Assembly: GCA_021613535.1 (NCBI GenBank)
Contig: CP075492.1
Span: 5,084,001 to 5,148,000, forward strand
Origin: Adineta vaga
Taxonomy: Eukaryota > Animalia > Rotifera
Length of the DNA: 64,000 nucleotides
Direction: 5' to 3'
The position numbers were made by a program, and so were the translations under genes. Under the pieces are notes generated by a model. That model made no database searches. It was not told the origin of the DNA and saw nothing but the letters and a program-made list of their open reading frames with translations. Shown in pieces: positions 27,029 to 39,992 of this stretch; position 1 is the first letter of the stretch; every line of letters begins with the position of its first letter.

Positions 27029-29723
27029 ATGTCCATCAAGTCAGGTGCAACTATTGGTATGGCTGAGTATTATAATGAGAATTCAGCTCTTCAATTGTCT
27101 GTTGTTACTTCTACAGAATCTTTAATTCAATTGGGTGTCGAACATTTACAGGGTATAGCAAAATTATAGACCCCCCATATACATGAATACGAAAATCGTT
27201 ATTTTATTTCAGCAGTAAAAGATGGTGACCAAACAATGGTATAGGAATGCGTGGGTACACATGTACTATCTACCAATCTAACATCCTATTTCCGTTCGCT
27301 GATAGTGGAAGAAAAAAATACAAATCAGTGAAAACTTGCTGTACCATAATTATAGGCCCCCTATACGAAAAATACATTTCTCGATTTTCTGGAGTTGACC
27401 AACTGTTAATTTCTGACATTTTCCTATAATACAAGTAACATTCTATCTATTTCTCTCACTTTGAGGTATGGATGGTCAAAGTTATGGCGCAGATTCTCGT
27501 TATTATGAGTTTTACTGGTGTCTTATAACTAACTACGTGATCTTGGGCAGGAGACACTTTTTTCGTAATTTATATCTACACAAAACTAGTCTGATAGACA
27601 TAATTACGCGAGATAGCATTGCCCTAATTCAAATTATGTTGATCTAAGAGCAACTTAGTAGAGTTTAAGAAGATAGTCACCTTGGTACTTCTCTTTTATG
27701 TGGACTGTTCGTTAGAAAGTCGCAGAATTTTATGACTAGTTGAAGCAACCAATTCAATCTAATGGTATAGTTAGAGAGAGCGTATCAAGTTGTACAAGAA
27801 TATCAACAAATATAATACAGGAAAGCAGTCCTCAGAATAAAGATTGATGACGTCGAAGATTGGCTAATTACTAAACTTATGCAAAATTAACTACTGTCGT
27901 CTGATTGTGTTATAGTAACTCATGAAGAAGGAAACTGGATTTTTCCTACTTTACTGAGATTCATAATCAAAGAGGTGTCTGAAAAAGTGTATAGAGTCCG
28001 CCGGAATTAGTGTATCAAAATTATATAAACAAATTTTCTGTTGCCTCCATATGCATATATCGGGTGAAACTAGTTAATCTTCGACGTCATCAATCTTTAT
28101 TCTGAGGACTGCTTTCCTGTATTATATTTGTTGATATTCTTGTACAACTTGATATGCTCTCTCTAACTATACCATTAGACTGGAGTCATCGGTTCAACTA
28201 GTCATGAAATTCTGCGACTTTTTAAGGAACAGTCTACATAGCTATGGGGTACCACGATAGCTATCTTCTCAAACTCTATCAAATTGATCTTTAATCAACA
28301 TAGTTTCAATCAGGGCGATGCTATCTAGAGTAAACACATCTATCGGACTAGTTCTGAACAAATCAAAATTACGAAAAAAGGATATTCTGATCAAGATCAC
28401 GTAGTGAGTGATAAGACACCAGTAAAACTCATAATAACGAGAATCTGCGCCATAACTTTGACCAACCATATATCAAAGTGAGAGAAATAGATAGAACGTT
28501 ATTTGTTATTGAACAAATTTTCAGAAATCGCCTGATGATCAACTCTAGAAAATCGAGAAATGTATTTTTCGTATAGGGGGCCTATAATTATGGTACAGCA
28601 AGTTTTCACTGATTTGTATTTTTTTCTTCCACTATCAGCGAACGGAAATAGGATGTTAGATTGGTAGATAGTACATGTGTACCCACGCACTCCTATGCCA
28701 TTGGTTGACCGCCATCTCTTATTGCTGAAATAAAATAACGATTTTCGTATGCATGTGTATGAGGGGTCTATAATTTTGCTATACCCTGTAGACATATCGA
28801 ATTCATCTTCTCCGTTGATTATTGCTGATTTTGGTTCTTCTCACGGAAAAAACTCAATCGCAGCAATGAAAACAATTATAGAATATGTTAAACAAACAAG
28901 AGAAAATGTAACATCAATTCTTGTTGTTCATAATGATCTTATAACAAATGATTGGAGCAAACTTTTTCAACTTCTTGCTCAAGATAATTCATATCAAGCT
29001 GTTGCTAATGGTCATTCATTTTATGAACAATGTTTACCATCAAATAGTCTTTCAATTGGTTATTCATCGACTTCAATCAATTGGATGTCGAAAATACCTT
29101 GTCATATTAGCAATCATTGTATTCACATATTTGCTAAAGAAAATGAAGAAGAAGCGTATAAAAATCAAGCAAAACTTGATTACAATGCATTTATTGAACA
29201 TCATTCTCGTGAACTCGTATCTGGTGGTATCTTAATTCTTAGTATTCCAAGTGTTGATCAACATGGAATATTTGATGTTAATCCATATTTTGATGTACTT
29301 TATCTATGTGCACAGACGCTTTTGAATACAAAAGATCTAATGGATTTCTCACTTCCATTATACTATCGTTCATTATTTGAATGTGTCGACAAAGAATTAT
29401 TCGATCGATGTTCATTAGAATTGATTAAAGTCAAATTAGATTCAGTCAAAGTACCTTTAATTGAACAATATCAAACTCGACAATCGACACTGGATCAATG
29501 GGCAAAAGGAATCGCGAAAATATTTGAATCTTTTGTAGACACAACATTGAAACAAACTCTCACAAATAACGGACATTCAAACGAAGAAATTAATCAATTA
29601 TCGATCAATTTTTGGATTTTATATGAAGAAAAATTGAAAGAAAGACCACATATAGCTTCTATAGATGCTCGATTTGCATCTATTCATTTAGTCTTGAAAA
29701 AAGTTATTGATCAAAAACATTAG
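27029..29723 (+). pseudogene. SAM-dependent carboxyl methyltransferase (SABATH / Methyltransf_7-like) interrupted by a foldback element
   Basis: MSIKSGATIGMAEYYNENSALQ...VEHL (27029-27148) joins in frame to DISNSSSPLIIADFGSSHGKNS...HNDLITNDW...SFYEQCLPSNS (28791-29723) once the element and one TA are removed. Confidence 0.88.
27149..28788. mobile_element. Non-autonomous Tc1/mariner-type foldback element (1640 bp, ~710-bp inverted arms)
   Basis: TA|CAGGGTATAGCAAAATTATAGACCCC ... GGGGTCTATAATTTTGCTATACCCTG|TA; arms 27149-27861 and 28076-28788; ~215-bp spacer; no transposase. Confidence 0.93.
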
Positions 29724-29869
29724 ATAAATTTGGAGTACTTTTTATAAATCTACAAATACATATTTTTCTTCATATAATATATTGAATAAAAGAGCAAACC
29801 CACACCCTCAAGCTTATCTTTACATATCAGTTTTAACAATGTAAATAAATCCACGTCCAATTATTTTTG

Positions 29870-30720
29870 TGAACGAATCAAAATCGAAAGAAATATTCAA
29901 CAACAATAATTGTCTCATTCAAAGCATTAGATGATCAACAATGTTTTCAATGCAATATATGTTTATCATTCGTTTCACTAAATCAATTTTTAAATCTTAA
30001 AACATTCGACTCAGAAATTTCATTATTAAATGAAAGACTTATAATCAATGGAATTAGATTGGTCATTATCAGATATTTACAAAAACAATTTCTTTGCTAA
30101 ATTATCTACATATTACACGAATTACTGATTTTTATCATCATGAAAAGGATAATAAAACTGTTCCTTGTGAACAACATTATCGTCTGAAGCAATTGATAAT
30201 CGACAGATTCGATAGCGAATTTCAAGACTCTATAACATTTGCAAGACAAACACCAAATTTGAGAAACTTATTCATTGGTACGAATAATAATAAAGACATG
30301 AATAAGATCGATGTTCTTTACTCAATGTTTTTCGATGATTCCTATGAAACTGTCTTCGAGAAATTGCAATATTTTCACAGTGATTTTTGGCAAAGAGAAA
30401 CATCAATGATATATTGAATATATAAAAGGAGATAAAAATAGCATCTATTTATACGATTCCTTACAGATTATACGAATGCATTCGTTCATGTTACACGTTT
30501 AGCAATAAGTGTATTAGCATTAACAGAAAATTGTGAATTTTATTTTCCAAATGTTCAATATTTACTATCTAATATAGACGATTATACATTTCTAATGGTA
30601 GAACATCTGGTAAACTTAAAATTGATAGTTAATCTTCAAAAGTTGAAATATTTCATTATATTCCAACGATACGTTAATCAATGCCACTGTATTATTAGAA
30701 ATATTTCTTATGATGTAAGT
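29870..30720 (+). pseudogene. Decayed gene remnant (leucine-rich/F-box-associated type)
   Basis: Short ORF 30094-30417 (TPNLRNLFI) and flanking broken frames (IYTIPY, FPNVQYL). Confidence 0.35.
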
Positions 30721-31221
30721 TACTACGGAAGCGACGATAGACAGTTTGCGAAAGGCTCATCTGATTAGTGCTTTGGAATAAGGTTATTTATCTGGCTTGA
30801 TGAGAAACATTAATAGGTGATAGAATAGCTATGTTCTAAATTATCGAAAGAAGAATTATTGGCGCAACAGACTAGGAGAGATTTTATCTGTCAAAAATAA
30901 AGCTTGTTTAATATAATAATGAAAATTCAATCTAATTCATCATCATATATTCGATCATTGTTTGATGATTTAAATATAATAGCGTTTCGCTCTAGGAAAA
31001 AACCAACAGAACAAAAAGAAATGGAGAGACAAAGCTATCAATACATTATAAAATAAATACAAAAGACTGTCGGATTCATAATATCTTTACTTATCTAAAT
31101 GATGATTTATGATAATACTTTTTTTCTTTTATTCTGCATTGTGTGGCGAGAAAAAATATAAACAGTTGTTCTCCTATTCACAATGTTTTTTTCTCTTCAC
31201 TTTGATTTTGTTGACATAGAA

Positions 31222-32522
31222 ATGGATGCATCTCAAGTATGGAGATTGAAACGTGTAAGAAACCTTTCCGTGCTCTTTGCTATTGCTGTCAACACAAACT
31301 ATGTATTGTTCATCTAAATGAACACTTCAATTTGATTAATGCTCAATCAGTTCCATTAGTCGATGAAATCAATACACTGTTCGATCTGTTTAAAACTATT
31401 TCTTCGAGTCGACCAAGTTTCCTTTTGGAATTGGAAACATGGCGTCAAGATGCTTGTGGAAAGATTGATAATTTGTATCAAACAATACGGCAAGAATTTG
31501 AAGAAACTCTCGCTGAAGAACGAATTAAACAGAAAAATGAACTTGATCAATTGAGAAACCGCATAGATAAATTAATCGAGGAAGAAGAAGCTAGTCAAAA
31601 AGATATTGATACGATTAGTGGCTCTATTCAATCTTGACGGCAAACCATTGAACAAAGTTCATTTCTTCACTGCAAATTACCAGTTTTGAAAATCAGTCAG
31701 GAATATATCACTATTGAAAAACCGACTATACTGTCAAAAGATCTTTGGCTTCATTCGAATCCATGGAAAACTATGCCATTAAAAAATTGTGATAGGTCGA
31801 TTGCAGCGAGTGACAATCATTTGTTAGTAGTACAAACGCATAAACTTTACCTATTCGACCAACAATTGACTCTTCAAAACGAAAGTCAATATCCTTATGG
31901 TAATCTCTGCGATATGTTCTGGTCGTGAACCATCGCTCAATTTATTCTCATCACTGGAAAAGATATTTATACACTCGATGAACAAACAATGACTGTCAAA
32001 AAGTCAACGTTTAGTAACAGATTTATGGAAAGAGAATGGTGGTGTGGTACTTGCTCAAATGACTCATTATTCGTGACAGCAAAAGTAGTGGGTTCATCAG
32101 TTTTCGAGTTCAGTCTTCAACCCTCAATCGAACTTGTTGAAGAGCATCGGCCACCTATTTTTTGCACTCAAGATGAATTTATCAGTGACATTTCGGCAAG
32201 CAATAATTTCTTGGCAATTGCTGTTGTCAATGATAAGGATGATGTTCGTTTCGATCTTTATGCAATAGGAACACGTCAACAAGCATGGTCACTTCAACTT
32301 GATAGAATACCCTCAACTTGTCGAATTCGTTGTTGTACATTAAATAATGATCAATGGATAATGATCGATCGTAACAAAAGGGAACTTTATCATATTTCTC
32401 AAAACGGAAAACTGATAAACAAGGAAAAATACAGAGAAGTACCTTGGAATGCTGTTCAATTCAATATTAATTGCATTGCTATTTTAACGAAACAGAATAT
32501 AAATCTTCATCAGTTATTTTAA
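31222..32522 (+). pseudogene. B-box-like zinc finger, coiled-coil and beta-propeller-like gene with two in-frame TGA stops
   Basis: CYCCQHKLCIVHLNEH; ORFs 31239, 31686 and 31989 are in one frame, split by TGA at 31635 and 31926; probable frameshift after ATG 31222. Confidence 0.75.
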
Positions 32523-32600
32523 AACATTAAGTTGTTCTTATTATACACGCTTCACACGTAGCCTCAGCACTCTCAAAGTTCATTTTTGTTTTTAGCGTTG

Positions 32601-34727
32601 TTATTCAACTGATATAATCCTAAAATGTAATGAATATAAAAAGAGAAAAGATAAAATCGAAATCGAAATATGTGATGATTTCGATGTCGGTTGTGTTGAT
32701 ATCGGAATCGCTCGGATATCACTTAAAATTAATGAACCACCATTGAATACATTCATTTTCAATTGAAGAACTTGTTCAGGTTTGTCCAATGGAATTCTTA
32801 TTGTTTCAAACATAACTGGTAAAAATGCAATTTGTTCTTTAGGTAAATCCATTGCATTACATCGAACAAATTCTAAATTAAAACGACTTTTCAATGAGAT
32901 TTTCATTGGTGGATATAAACGAGTTGCAGTTTGAATTTGAATATGAACTTGCATTATTCTTGGTTGAGAACATTTTAATGAATCTGTTGAATTAAACCAA
33001 CATGAATCTCGACGTGCTAATTGAATATCAATAAACTGAATTGTTTCGATTGATGTTGAATTAAATTTGAAAGAAAGTTCTCCTGAAGAATTTTCTCGAA
33101 AATTAATCTGGAGTGCATTTTCAATTTGATCAAGACAATTGAATTCTAATTGATCTTTATTCGGAGGACTTGACTGAAATTGTGGTGGAATTTTTTCTGT
33201 ATTTTTATAAGCAGAAACAAATAGTGGAAATTCTTTTTTTGCATAATCTTTCAGTAATGTAATTTCTACTTGATCATTTCGATCAATTGATTGACTACCA
33301 TTAAATACAACGATGGATTGATTATTATTGAAATATTCTCGACCAATTTCTGGAAGATAGCTAGGAAGTCTAAAATTTAAATCACTGTTAATTATACTCT
33401 TCAATGAATCTCTCAACATACGGTTGTGAAGGTTGAAGAATATCAGCCAACTTCGGATTGGCATTTTGTCCAACATATGCCCGGAAAAAAGCTGATAAAA
33501 TAAAAATTGTTGTTTGTCGTTGAATTTCTGAACCATTGATTTTCAAAAGAGTAACATCATACGATGTATTCTTTGCCGGAGGATAAATATCACTAACACG
33601 AAATGTACTTGCATTTACATCCCATAATGGATCTTGATCACCAAAACATGTTGGAATACTAATATGCCATTCACTATTAAAATATTCATGATTTGCACCT
33701 ATAATCAAAAACAAATTTGTTTTTATTTAAAAATTAGCGTTTTACTGACCATATAGTTGAAGAATATAGTTTGCTTGTTTAGATATTTGTCGTTGTTGAT
33801 AAGCTAAATTGACATGAACTACAAGATATGTGTTAGAATGCAATCAAATGAAAGAAATATCTTACGATAATCAATTTCATCGTCTTCACAACCTGCAACA
33901 ATCATTGCCCAAGGTATATTTTCCACACCTAATCTTCTACCATTTTCTCCATAATACATTGGAGTAATTTCTAATAAAGCTTTAAAACGAATATTGGATA
34001 ATTTGTTTTTCCATAGAATAGCATCGGATGAACCTTTTCCTTCCATTAACATGTTATAAGCATTTCGTACTCCTTCACCACCACGTGAATGTCCCATTAA
34101 ACCAATTTCAGTGAAATCAAATCTATTGGATAAATCAATTCCATGAAGAATTTCTTTGGATATTTCAGAATTCCCATTCCATTCTATCATTTTTTCAATT
34201 GTTCGAAGAACAATTCGAGCTCGAACGAAATTTAATGCTGAATCATTCACTATCGACCATTTATTATTTATTGAAAGAATATCAATCGAAATAACAATAT
34301 ATCCATATGATGCAAAGTGTCTTCCTAAATATGAAAATCCTAAATGACTTGCGACTTTTGATGTATGTTGAGGGCAATTTCCTTTGATATCTGCGGAACC
34401 AATATCAATCGATGGATATCCTTCAGGAACTGGAATTCGACAATCAGGATGTTTTCCAGGAAGAAATATTAATATTGGATAACGATTGATATCTTCACTC
34501 TTGTTTGGATAAAATAATTCTCCACGAATTTGTGTTGTTAAATTATTTGATGTGGGTGTTAATTCAGGATCAATTACGATTGGATATTCATATGATGTTT
34601 GACCAATGGGATAATCACCGGGAAGAAGAAAATTTTCATCATTTGTTGGAAAACATTTATTGGAATGAATTATTAGTATTACTATGAGAAAATTATATAT
34701 TTTCATGAAGGAATTTTGTTTCGGCAT
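32601..34727 (-). CDS. Secreted/surface alpha/beta hydrolase of bacterial type, 4 exons
   Basis: Signal peptide, GFSYLGRHFASYGY, GHSRGGEG nucleophile elbow, GANHEYFNSEW; introns 33819-33865, 33699-33749, 33370-33421; hydrophobic C-terminus. Confidence 0.8.
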
Positions 34728-35783
34728 AAAACGACCTTCTTTAAAAATACAAAGTCAGTATTGTATGATTTTATTATGTTGATATGAAAAGAAATTTAAT
34801 CTTACGATGGGATTAATCAGCCTACGTGTTGATCAATAAGGCAACGGATATTTAATACTTTGACCGAATTTTGTTCGTTGACACAATGAATCAAGAGAAA
34901 AACAATTCAACATGTTTCTCTTATCTCAAATTGATAAAAATGATTCATCATTATTTATATCTATATTTGCGCATTCGTTTAGAGAATAAAGTATGATAAT
35001 TCTATAATGAGTCGATCATAAACTGAATTTCCACAAATGAATAATTTCAATTGTTATTTACTTGCTAATATTTACTCATATCCCAACATAGGAAACGAAA
35101 ACCATTTTTGCCATTTTCTAAGATTGTAAAGAAGAAATTCAAACGTCACAGTCGTTGTCTAACAATCCACAAATCTTGTACGTGAAGGATTAATTCATTT
35201 ATCGAATGGAATTGCAGCTGTTGTCATTATGCTATTACAACAAGGCGTCGACACGAAACAACAAAATCAAGAACGTGATATGATCTGGATCAAACTATAA
35301 TGAATTATATTGATGATATTGCAAATTTTGATTGGAAACTAATCATAAAAATGAACAAGAACTTCTTCCGAACACTTCTTTCAAGACTATAGACTTGCTA
35401 GGTGGATATCTCAGTAATCTCGTCATCAATTGTACGAAACTTCTCTCAACAATGCATCATTTATCGACTTTCGTACGATTCTCATATGATTGGAAAAGTT
35501 TCTGTATTATCACGTCAATATACAACTTCAAAAGGCATTTGTTTTTTTCGATAATATCGACTTATATCTTCAAAGAAATATACCATTATAGTAAATATTA
35601 ACCATCAGTATGGTATTTAACCCTTGTTTTGTTTTTTATTATAATCCATTTAACATTTACTAAAGATAAGATTAACTGAATACTAGAACAAAACGTAACC
35701 TTCGAGTAAAGCTGCTTGTTTTTTCTTTATTTTTTACTTGACTATTTATATGATAAAAGTCCTTGACATAGTAGAATATCATC

Positions 35784-37507
35784 ATGGATCGAATGGTTTA
35801 TATCGTTATATTGATTTTGAGTTGTATATTTACAATCAATGGTCAATCAACTCAATTGAATACTTATTGTAATCCAATCAATATTGATTATACATACGCA
35901 ATTTATAATGCACCAGAGAATATTTCCTATCGTTCAGGTGCTGATCCCGCAGTTGTCAAATTTCGAAATGAATATTACATGTTTGTAACACGTTCAATGG
36001 GTTATTGGCATTCAACTGATTTACTTCAATGGACATTTATAACTCCTGAAAAATGGTATTTTCAAGGCTCAAATGCACCTGCTGCTCATAATTATAATGA
36101 TTCTGTTCTATATGTAACGGGAGATCCTTCCGGTTCGATGAGTATTCTTTATACAGATAATCCGAAGAAAGGTGATTGGAAAGCAGTACCATATATTTTA
36201 AGTGATCTACAAGATCCTGCATTATTTATTGATGATGATGATAAAGCATATATGTTTTGGGGTTCATCTAATGTTTATCCACTTCGAGCACGAACTCTAG
36301 ATAAAAATGATCTATTTCGTCCATCGAAAAGAATCTATGAATTATTTAATCTCGATGAAAGTAAACATGGATGGGAACGATTCGGTGAAAATCATGGTAA
36401 TACTGATATTGAAGGTTATATGGAAGGTGCTTGGCTAACAAAATATAATAAAACATATTATTTGCAATATGCGGCTCCTGGTACAGAATTTAATGTTTAT
36501 GGTGATGGTGTTTATATGAGTAAATCACCATTGGGACCGTATCGTTATGCACCTAATAATCCAATATCATATAAACCAGGTGGATTTATGAATGGAGCTG
36601 GACATGGTAGTACAGTTGTTGGACCTGAGAATAAATATTGGCATTTTGCTACCATGGCATTATCAGTGAATATGAATTGGGAAAGACGTATATGTATGTT
36701 TCTAACAGATTTCGATAAAGATGGTTTAATGTATAGTGATACATCATTTGGAGATTATCCACATTATGCACCAGGAATTGGAGGTAAAATGGGTAAATTC
36801 ACAGGTTGGATGTTACTTTCTTATAAGAAACCAGTACAAGTTTCATCTTATATTGATAAATATCGAGGTGAACATTTAGTTGATGAAAATGTTAAAACAT
36901 TTTGGGTAGCAGAAACAAATGATGCTCAACAATGGATAGAAATCGATCTTGTCAATATCGGAACAATTTATGCTATTCAAATCAATTATCATGATTATCA
37001 ATCGAATATATTTGGAAAAAACCTGGTTTATTTCATCGTTATTTTATTGAAGGTTCTTTTGATCGAAAGAATTGGTCAATTTTAGTTGATAGAAAAACAA
37101 GCTATAAAGATGCACCTAACGATTATATCGAATTGAGTGTTCCTCGAAACGTCCGATATGTTCGTTATAGAAATTTTCATGTTCCGACGCCGAGACTTTC
37201 AATTTCTGATCTACGAATATTTGGCCGGGGTCATGGTCGATCACCGAGCAAAGTTACAAATTTAATCGTTAATCGATATCGAGATCGACGTGATGCAATG
37301 ATAACATGGGAACGACAACCGAATTGTCAAGGATATAACGTTCTTTGGGGTATTGCTCCGAATAAATTATATAGTTCATGGATGGTCTATGATACAAATT
37401 TCTTACAATTGAAAAGTTTAACAGTTGATCAGAGTTATTACTTTTCAATTGAAGCTTTCAATGAAAATGGAGTCTCAGAACGAACAACACTTGTTAAATG
37501 TGTGTAG
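35784..37507 (+). CDS. GH43 glycoside hydrolase with F5/8-type C (CBM32) and FN3 domains, Bacteroidetes type; 1-nt frameshift near 37020
   Basis: TYCNPINIDY, SGADPAVV, QDPALFIDDD, MEGAW, GAGHGS; intronless; frame restored by adding one base in the A run at 37016-37021 (FGKxPGLFHRY). Confidence 0.88.
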
Positions 37508-37690
37508 TTTAGTTTTCCCATGCAATAATATATATATCATATTTAAGCATAGTGTTCTTGAGCATGACTATATCCAAATGAATAAAATCATGTCTATGAG
37601 TATATGACTTTCTTAACTTTAGTTTTTTTATTACTTTTGTGATGTAGATATGCTCGTTCATTTATGCTTTTATCGAGTTGTAGTTTAGCA

Positions 37691-38910
37691 ATGGAATTTT
37701 TTTTATTGTTGGGACTATGTTTGTGGATAACACTGGTTACTTGCGAATTGGAGTGTGCACGAAGTCCACGATATAGTAATCTTCGAGCATTCGCACAGTC
37801 AAATGACAGTCAACACAATAGACGTCGACGACAAACTGAAACTGCTGAAGCATGTTATTTTATGGCAAAAATTGATTTATTCCGAGAAGAATATGCAATA
37901 GATTTTTCCGATTCGACCATTTATGATAAAGGTATAAAGAACAATTATATTCAACTGTTAACAACAGTAACACTTGATCAAGATCCACTCGATGCAAAAC
38001 ATCATGGATTTATTCGTAGTGAATTGTTTTATTCATGTACTTCAACATCACGTTGTACTGATATGTTCGGCGAAATACTCAAGAATTCTATGACAATGCT
38101 TTCAAAATTTGATCTACTTTCTACTTTACCAATCGATAAATTTCAGCAATTACTCGTGAAGAAGAATGGTGAAAGTGAATCGAATAAATCCTTGAATTGT
38201 TTTATTGAAGATTCCAATAAAACAATTGAGTGTAAGCATGGTTTATGTTTTGCTAATCTGGCCAACGAGCATGATCGAACCTGTATGACTGATGAAGGAA
38301 AAAAGTATAATAAGATTCAAATAAAGCTCGACATAATCAGCAACTCGTTAAAAATTGATAAAAATATATTTCCGAAAGTTTCCTATACATGTAATACTGA
38401 TAACTGCAATAGTCCGAATAAAATCAAACAAATAAAAGATTTAGCTGGTTTCAATTCCTACGATTTTAACAATTTAATAAAAAAGTTGAAACTGACTGAT
38501 TTAGTAATAGCTGGAATGGGTATTAATAATATGCTTGAAAATGGTGGCTCGTTTGATGACAAATTTTCCGACTTAGTCTCGGCTTTCAATAATATCATCG
38601 ATGGTGGTAAAGAATTCAGTGAAGTGTAAGTTTAGAAAGATAGACAAGCAGTTCCTTACTGCAAGTTTTATTTTATTTTAATAAAACTTCATATTCATTA
38701 TTTGCGTCTATTTTTTTTAGAGATTTTGACGATGTTAATAAATCAAATATATTACAGCCACCTACAGAATTTAGTAGAAAAACAACAGCTAAATCGATCA
38801 TGTCGACTCTCATTAATGATGACGAAGATTTTGACAATTCTAACAAAACTCATAAGCCATTATTTACGCTTATTTTTCTCGGTCTTTTCATCATTGCTTT
38901 CATCTGTTAA
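37691..38910 (+). CDS. Secreted Cys-rich surface protein with Ly6/uPAR-like CNTDNCN motif and hydrophobic tail
   Basis: Signal peptide, RRRR site, Cys pattern, second exon ~38721-38910 ending in LIFLGLFIIAFIC. Confidence 0.65.
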
Positions 38911-39120
38911 TAATTCTTTTTTTTCATTTGAAAAAAATCTCTTCTTACTAAAATAAAATCAGCACCACCGCTTGCACACGTACTCATGTTTTTTTTGTAT
39001 GTAAAAGAGAGATAAACAAAAATACACAGAACAAAGAAAAAAGCAACATGATGACGTATTTTTTCCCAGTTGATTTACGCTTCATGTGTATATATACCCC
39101 AAGCAGCAACATGTTTCTCA

Positions 39121-39921
39121 ATGGCGTCTTCAAATGCATCGACCACATCAAGTGGTTACACGATTCAAACAAGTACAAATATTAATCCAAATTATCGTTG
39201 TTATTGGTTAAATAGTTGTCAAGGTAATCATGAATTAAGGTCTTGCAGCCATTGGCGAGAAGAATTACGTGGTAAATTAGGAATTTATTATTCATCTAAT
39301 GGTATGTATCGACGATTCTCTCGTGATAATTTGAGTGGTGTTAATTTGGAACATAATCCTACTGGATGTACAACAGTACATTTATTGATCTATACAATTC
39401 GATCCGATGGTATGAAAGAGATTCTATTTGGCTTGAGTAATCGTAGAGAGAATCATGATGATTCAACGCGACGTCCTTTACTTTCATTTCCATTTTCAAA
39501 ACCATGTAAACGTCGTGAACCTGGTCTAAATATTGCACGACGTGCTTTTAAATGGATTAGTGATGATGAAACCATTGCACGACAAGTTTTAAAGTCTCAT
39601 TTTCTTTTTCAACATGCCAATGTAATTTATCCATGGTATGTAACTAATGAACAAGCAAATTTATTAACAAACAATTTTCAAGCGAATGAAGAATTGATTT
39701 CGTTACATTGGTTTCCATTGACATCTGTATTAGAATGTTTACCAGAATGGAAGAATTTTTTAACGAGTCAAGCAACAGAGAATGAATTAGCACAACATGA
39801 ACACATCGATCAGATTGGTATTCAATTAGGTGAATATCATTTATGGTCAGTAACAGCCAGTTGTTTGCTATGTATTCGAGAATATATACCTGGTGGTTTT
39901 GAAACATTTTTAATAGTATGA
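39121..39921 (+). CDS. Hypothetical protein (N-terminal CCCH-like cluster; possible degenerate Nudix-like fold)
   Basis: Open frame from ATG 39121; CYWLNSCQGNHELRSCSHW; EILFGL, ELISLHWFPL. Confidence 0.6.
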   Translation: MASSNASTTSSGYTIQTSTNINPNYRCYWLNSCQGNHELRSCSHWREELRGKLGIYYSSNGMYRRFSRDNLSGVNLEHNPTGCTTVHLLIYTIRSDGMKEILFGLSNRRENHDDSTRRPLLSFPFSKPCKRREPGLNIARRAFKWISDDETIARQVLKSHFLFQHANVIYPWYVTNEQANLLTNNFQANEELISLHWFPLTSVLECLPEWKNFLTSQATENELAQHEHIDQIGIQLGEYHLWSVTASCLLCIREYIPGGFETFLIV

Positions 39922-39992
39922 TTTTTATTTCTCAAGGGATTTTTCACGATCAAAAATAAATGAAATCTATAGCAGCTGTTTTATCATTATAA

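Noticed and set aside
27247-28795. Near-identical short ORFs 27247-27429 (+) and 28499-28795 (-) as genes
   Set aside because: They are by-products of the foldback arms
31222-32522. Two in-frame TGA codons as selenocysteine or readthrough
   Set aside because: A probable frameshift near the start and single-base routes from TTA/TCA make ordinary nonsense decay simpler; no SECIS recognised
33370-33536. Apparent frameshift in the hydrolase
   Set aside because: Explained by a canonical 52-bp intron
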